This document shows, one piece after another, positions 61,501 to 64,000 of a stretch of 64,000 nucleotides of DNA (the stretch's first letter is position 1; the number at the start of each line of letters is the position of its first letter). Both the position numbers and the translations under genes were made by a program. This stretch comes from Podarcis muralis (taxonomy: Eukaryota), in assembly GCF_964188315.1 (NCBI RefSeq), contig NC_135659.1, positions 71,548,001 through 71,612,000 on the forward strand, read 5' to 3'. Below the pieces are notes generated by a model. That model made no database searches and had not been told where the DNA came from. It was given only the letters and a program-made list of their open reading frames with translations.

Positions 61501-63400
61501 TAGGAGAGATGCTTAACCCTCTCCATTTCAGCTGTCTTCCTGCTCAGAACTGCCTCCTTGCTTTTCCTCATGAGCAGTTCCAGATGTATATATACAAGGA
61601 TAAATGAGTATCTGGAGCACTATAAGGATGAAACAACTTGGGGCATTTTGAGCAGAGCAGCAATCCAGTGAAAGGTTTGAGTTCCTTCTCCCGCAACTCT
61701 GCAAAAAATTGCAACTGTCTGAAGATGGTTTTTTTGGCACTTTACATATAATTTTTCATTTGCCCATGACACTGGCTTTGTCAGTAGGGGAGGAGGGGGT
61801 GAGGGGTCTGTCTGAAAAAGCTCTGCTTGCCATTTTCGGTTTGCAACCATTTCTTCCCAAACTGGGGCAGTCTTCTCACAGATAACTCTGCCAACTCTTT
61901 TTGTCTGTTCTGTCACCTCTTTGCTTGCTCTGCATCTCCCCCCCAGCCCAACTCACAGATGAAAACAAAACTTCTCCACCCTACACACAATTAATATATG
62001 GAATTCTCTGTTCCAGTGTGTGCTGATGGCCACTGTTTAGATTCAAAAGGCAATTAAATGAATTTGTGAATGGGGATCTTTATATCGGTGACCATTAGAC
62101 ATAATGGAACGCCCATGTGTAGATGTACTATGTCACTGAATACCAGTTGCTGATGGGAGGGGGGAGCTGTTGCCTTCACCCCCTGCTTATGGGGATCCCA
62201 TAATTATCTGGCTAGCCACTGTGGGAAACAGCACCGATTTAGAGGGATGTTTGTCTGATCCAGCTGGTCTCTTGCGAGTAAGGGTAAAATAAATGGCGCC
62301 TTAGAAAGAGAGGAAAGCAAGCTAGCGTTGAAGGGTTCTGAAGTCATCACTACTACAACTCTTTACACATAAGCAGCTTCCCATTTGAGACTGAGGCAAT
62401 AAATTAATTGTGTGAGGACTTTGCCGCTTCAACAGTCTGGGGCCGAGTACATACAATAAATTTGAAAGGGCCATAGATGCCTGTATTACGCACACTTATC
62501 TGCCCCCTTTCCCATCCTGCTATAGTAAAATGGGTCTGCCGGATTTTTGAAGCACAACAAAACCAATTCGAACAGAGAGAACAGGAAGTGGCTGCTACTA
62601 AACCATAGTTCAGCACTGTGCCCATGAACAGCAGTGAGCCTCAGGCTCAAGGGCTCCTGCTTCCTCTCTTGTGTTCAGCCAGGAGGAGACAGAAAACTTT
62701 TGCTTTCATTTTCAGCTAACCAATGTTGCTCATTATGTCTGAACTGAGAACTGTGGTTTGTGTTAACTGTGATGTAGGGAAACAAGCTAGGATAGGTAAG
62801 TGTGGTTTGAAGATGGCTTATTTCCCTAAATCATAATTAACGTGAGGCATGGTTTGTCCAGGTTCGGAGATAACAACCACAGTTTGTTGAAAATGGAAAG
62901 GAAAGCTTTCAATCTCCTTAGGCAATTGTAGCCAAGGAGAGGAACTCACTGCTACTCATGTACGTAGCACTGAATGGTGTGCTAATAAGGCCAGTCTGTG
63001 TACTGAAGGGCACAATAATCACATACAAAACTAGAAGAAGAGGATCTAGGTGACCTACTGACATTGGGTGGGTTTTTTCTCCTGGAATTTCATCATGGCA
63101 CTACTGTTGAATGCTGGTCCTAAATATAGCTAACCACAAGCAGACCATACCCTAAGCTTTGTGCCTCCTGCTGGTAGAACATGGAGCACTTGCAGCTGTC
63201 TGGCTTTTATAGGGAAATCCTCCCCTCTTGCCTAATAAAAGGGAGTCAAGTGACAACAGGTGCTCACACTTTATCATGTTGCCACCTTAGAAGTGGTCAG
63301 GCTATGGCCAAACTCCTGTTACAACCATCCCCATTCCCATTCCCTAAAAAGAATAAAGGCAAGGGGGTCTGTCGTGTAAGGGAAGAATTCCTAGAGCCTC
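55518..63400 (+). other. MTCL2: Probable long 3' UTR / downstream region of MTCL2 with several candidate poly(A) signals
   Basis: No convincing coding exons. AATAAA at 57908, 58259, 59314, 61495, 62288, 62398, 62455, 63234 and 63352. The true 3' end cannot be fixed from sequence alone. Confidence 0.5.
62085..62280 (+). mobile_element. CR1 3' UTR remnant inside the putative 3' UTR
   Basis: CTGAATACCAGTTGCTG...GGCTAGCCACTGTGGGAAACAG...CTGATCCAGC parallels the CR1 3' end at 34580-34725. Confidence 0.5.
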
Positions 63401-63848
63401 AAGTGGAAACAAGAGTCTATCCTAGCTTTCAGACTAGACTTTTAAGGAGAGGCATTTCTCCTCTTACCCTGTTAACTTTCCTATTCATACCCAGTTTAAA
63501 CACGTTTCTGGCTTGTTTTCAAGACAAACTGATACACACAACGTTGCATACTGCTAGTGCCATGATATGACTGCTTTTGCTGCCCCTTTCAGGTGTATGC
63601 CAGGGATCCATGGCCCGGGTTTACATCTTACCTATGCTAAATGCCTAAGTGACTGGTGCCCCTGTTTAAACAGTGATGTCTGTCTAGTGGAATGCCACGT
63701 GGGTAAACCCTTGTGTCGTTTTTAATGTGCTGTCAGCATGTTTCAAGCAGGTCCCATTCCCTTGGATTTTGCAATATCCCTTCACAGATTTTCAAACACA
63801 TTTTTCCCCTTTTGTCTTCGTTGCATTACCAAGCACTGAGTCTTGGCC

Positions 63849-63998
63849 TCATTTCTTCTGCTGGCCTTTTCTTGCAATGTTTTGCTTTAATTGTGCCCTC
63901 CCTGCTTTGGCAGGTGCCTCTTCCTTTGTTTTCACTTCCTTGTTTGCAGTGGAGCTTTCCTTCCATTCTTGATGTTGCGTCTCTTCTTTCATTTGACC
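63849..63998 (-). CDS. Possible final coding segment of a convergent neighbouring gene (K/E-rich, ...GQMKEETQHQEWKESSTANKEVKTKEEAPAKAGRAQLKQNIARKGQQKK*)
   Basis: The minus-strand frame is open from the window edge to TGA at 63849-63851, with protein-like K/E/A composition; minus-strand ATTAAA at 63721-63726. Short and unrecognised. Confidence 0.3.
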   Translation of the reverse strand, partial: GQMKEETQHQEWKESSTANKEVKTKEEAPAKAGRAQLKQNIARKGQQKK

Positions 63999-64000
63999 AT

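Overview
This is vertebrate genomic DNA, and its repeat content (Squam-type SINEs, hAT and mariner MITEs, CR1/L1/L2 fragments) points to a lacertid-like lizard. No prokaryotic systems are present. Almost the whole window is one plus-strand gene, MTCL2/SOGA1 (microtubule crosslinking factor 2 / suppressor of glucose, autophagy-associated 1). I resolved 14 coding exons with GT-AG borders and consistent phases, from 2334 to the stop at 55515-55517 (4491 nt, 1496 aa plus stop). The N-terminal exon lies upstream of the window, and a probable long 3' UTR follows the stop. The most notable observation is absent from the ORF track. It is an in-frame alternative last exon (33116-33217) hidden in the intron after the large coiled-coil exon, encoding a 33-aa almost entirely hydrophobic tail (PTCLLILCLLLFSTLSSATVVKFLLLFILFVVL-stop) that resembles the membrane-anchor tail of the paralog SOGA3/MTCL3. 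The same intron is rich in RBFOX motifs, and a candidate intronic poly(A) signal lies downstream. Other leads are a candidate internal first/poison exon (28357-28539), a candidate 90-nt cassette exon, two different hAT MITEs in tandem bounded by three identical 8-bp target duplications, a perfect 17-bp hairpin, and a possible 3' coding end of a convergent gene at the right edge. Homology calls come from recalled sequences, not database searches.
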